From Chthoniobacteraceae bacterium (GTDB lineage Bacteria; Verrucomicrobiota; Verrucomicrobiia; Chthoniobacterales; Chthoniobacteraceae), in NCBI GenBank assembly GCA_031409655.1, contig JANNXQ010000060.1, positions 1 to 30,015 on the forward strand: DNA of 30,015 nucleotides, read 5' to 3'. A program made the position numbers and the translations under genes. Below the pieces are notes generated by a model. The model was not told the DNA's origin and ran no database searches. It saw only the letters and a program-made list of their open reading frames with translations. Below are positions 27,846-30,015 of this stretch, in pieces. Position 1 is the first letter of the stretch. Each line of letters begins with the position of its first letter.

Positions 27846-28025
27846 AAAGGCAGCATTCCGCCGGTCGCAGACGAGTCAAGCAGCCGCGGAGCATTGTCCC
27901 GCTTGTCTGAAATCCCCGTCTCTGATGCGGGCGGAAAGATACACGCCGGCCTCCTGGCATGGCCGCTCCAGCATCGCTCGCGGTGCAGCGGGCCTTCTTC
28001 CCGGTGCTCGTGGACGGCCGGGGGT

Positions 28026-30015
28026 TCAGCGCAGCGAGATGTCCACGTTATCGAGGATGGAGCGGTGGTTGGCGCCGCCGGTGCGGGCGCCGAAGCCGAA
28101 GCGGGCGGTGGCCGGGAACTGGAAGCCGGTCACGGCGAGGCGGTCGAAGACGAGTGCCTGGTTGTAGCGGACGGTCAGGCCAAGGCTGGCGTCGTAGTGA
28201 ATCTCGACCGGGACGCTGGCGCCATTGGTGTAGGGATTGAGGGGCGCGGTGGCGACGTGGACGCCATCGACGAGCACGTGAATGCCGATGCCGGCGGTGC
28301 CGCCATTGTCGTAGGTGTCGAAGCTCACGGTCAGGCTGTGCGGGGTGCGGGGGCCACCTTCGTCCCAGGCGCCGGTGCCGAGATTGCCTGCGGCGAAGCT
28401 GGTGCCATCGCCGGGCGCGGTCGTGGTCGGACCCATCGCCAGTGCGAAGCGCGCCGTGAAACCGTTGACCGCCGGACTGGCGGTGAAGCCCTCGAGCACG
28501 ACGGAGCCGACCTGCCCGCCGACGGCGTCGGTGAGCCGCACGGCACCGGCATCCCAGACGGCGACGCCGCGAAGGGACGCCGCGCCGAGACCGGTATTGA
28601 AGTCATTGGCGTAGCGGCCGAAGGCACCGACGCGCACGCGCCCGAAGCGGTGCGGTGTGATGACCGGATCGGTGACGGTCACGCGCTCCCACGTCGCATC
28701 GATCGAGACGACGCTCGCGCCGCCAAGGTCGAGCGGCTGGAGAGCGGTGAGATCGTCGCCCGTCTCGACCGGATAGCTGATGCCCGGACTGGTCGCCGCT
28801 TTGCGCCGGACGAACTCGATGTAGAGCCGGCCCTGCGCATCGCGGGTGATGAAGGGCAGACCGGCGGTGCCATTCTCCGGCAAGGGCGCGATATTGGGCA
28901 CGAGCAGATCCCCGGCGTTGGGCGCCATGTTGAAGGCAAATTTCAACACGTTGGCGACGCCATCGCCGGCCGGGGTGGCGAGGTCTTGCGAACCATCGGC
29001 GGCGAGGCCGTGCACGACGCGCCAGAACGGCATCGGAGTGAGGACGGTGTAAGCCGCGGTGCTGACCGATGAGTCGAGCCAGCCGCCGCCGACGGCGATG
29101 GCGCGCACGGTCGCGCTGGTGGTGAGGGCGAAGGACGAGGTGTAAGTCGCGCCGTTGGTCGCGGAAGGGGTGGTGCCGTCGGTGGTGTAGCGGATGATGG
29201 CGCCGGCGGAGGGGTTGCTCAGGGAGATGACGACGCTGTTTTCGTAGGTCCCGCTGCCGCGTGAAAACTGCGGGGCGGCAGCCGGGAGGGTGGCTTCCAA
29301 TTCAAAGGCGCCGATGTCGGGAGCCGCGCCGGCGATTCCCCGATAGGAGAGCACGCCGGGCGGGATGATCTGCCGGGCGAAAGGCGACGTGCCGGTGAGC
29401 TGTTCCCAACTGAGCTGCACCCCGGCTCCACCACCGGCTTCAAAGTATGCCATGCGGATGGTGTGCGGTCCGGCGCTCAGGGCGATGGTGCCGCTGAGGT
29501 TGGTCATCCCCTGGAGGAAGTCGTTGTTCACCACGAGCTGTCCGTCGATGTAGAGCAAGGAGCCGTCGTCGCTGCGCGTGGTGAAGCGGTAGTCGGCCGT
29601 TGTCGGCACGGTGAGCGTGCCATCCCAGATCGCCGCGATGTTATCCGAGGCAACATTCACGCCAAGGCCACCGAACAAGTTGCCACTCGAGCCGGAGCGG
29701 TCCAGCACGGAGCCATCGCCTGCCGCGGCTTCGGTGCCACCGCCGAAATCCACTCGCGGCGTCAGCACCGCCAGTGTCGGACTCAGTGCCTCCAGATTGC
29801 TCAAGGGCGAAAGCAGCGCCGTGGTCGGAGCGGAGGATAATGCGTAGTAACGACCGCGCAGCCCGCCGGTTCCTGGACGCAGGACGCCGCGCTGGTCGGA
29901 GGTGATCCCGGCGATGTTCGTGCCCGCGTTGATGGCGGGCGAACCGGCCAGCAGCGCGACGGTCGCGGTCGGCCCGCCATTGAAGGCGAATGCGCCGAGC
30001 CCGGCCTGGGCGGCG
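28026..30015 (-). CDS. Large extracellular multidomain protein, 5'-partial: choice-of-anchor Q, PA14, chitobiase-C/Fn3-associated domain, verrucomicrobial C-terminal module, legume-lectin-like domain
   Basis: Frame is open to the window end: NGGPTATVALLAGSPAINAG...DQRG; PA14 (WDGTL...YRFTTRSDDGSLLYIDGQLVVNND...YFEAGG); DIGAFE; IRYTTDGTTPS; GDGVANVLKFAF; VRLTDA...GDG...VSFDTYDN...FGFGARTGG. Confidence 0.88.
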   Translation of the reverse strand, partial: AAQAGLGAFAFNGGPTATVALLAGSPAINAGTNIAGITSDQRGVLRPGTGGLRGRYYALSSAPTTALLSPLSNLEALSPTLAVLTPRVDFGGGTEAAAGDGSVLDRSGSSGNLFGGLGVNVASDNIAAIWDGTLTVPTTADYRFTTRSDDGSLLYIDGQLVVNNDFLQGMTNLSGTIALSAGPHTIRMAYFEAGGGAGVQLSWEQLTGTSPFARQIIPPGVLSYRGIAGAAPDIGAFELEATLPAAAPQFSRGSGTYENSVVISLSNPSAGAIIRYTTDGTTPSATNGATYTSSFALTTSATVRAIAVGGGWLDSSVSTAAYTVLTPMPFWRVVHGLAADGSQDLATPAGDGVANVLKFAFNMAPNAGDLLVPNIAPLPENGTAGLPFITRDAQGRLYIEFVRRKAATSPGISYPVETGDDLTALQPLDLGGASVVSIDATWERVTVTDPVITPHRFGRVRVGAFGRYANDFNTGLGAASLRGVAVWDAGAVRLTDAVGGQVGSVVLEGFTASPAVNGFTARFALAMGPTTTAPGDGTSFAAGNLGTGAWDEGGPRTPHSLTVSFDTYDNGGTAGIGIHVLVDGVHVATAPLNPYTNGASVPVEIHYDASLGLTVRYNQALVFDRLAVTGFQFPATARFGFGARTGGANHRSILDNVDISLR

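Overview
High-GC bacterial chromosomal window. The gene content points to Verrucomicrobia (Chthoniobacter/Spartobacteria-like; inferred, not searched): a PSD1/planctomycete-cytochrome + DUF1501 pair, a PQQ-like propeller, a PVC-type ECF sigma relic and a choice-of-anchor-Q surface protein. No rRNA, tRNA, CRISPR array, transposase or phage gene was recognised. Left to right: the end of a PgpH-like HD phosphodiesterase-ybeY-hypothetical operon; a PQQ-repeat protein; a mosaic patch (REP-like palindrome, membrane FKBP, pentapeptide pseudogene, HExxH protein); a DUF1549/DUF1553 cytochrome plus Tat-exported DUF1501 separated by a second REP-like doublet; a stand-alone RfaH-like antiterminator behind a sigma54-like promoter; a polysaccharide deacetylase lipoprotein; purB; a 59-aa ORF with its own sigma54-like promoter and terminator; ABC exporter, acyltransferase and Tat amidohydrolase; then a minus-strand run of ABC exporter, signal-peptide cyanophycinase, signal-peptide isoaspartyl peptidase, two TMTC-like GT-C/TPR paralogs and an NlpI-like TPR protein; a decayed ECF sigma gene; and the 3' part of a large multidomain surface protein. 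The best leads are the exported cyanophycin-scavenging pair, the tandem TMTC-like glycosyltransferases, the two sigma54-like transcription units, the covarying REP palindromes and a PA14 domain nested inside a choice-of-anchor-Q motif. All family calls come from motif recognition by eye.
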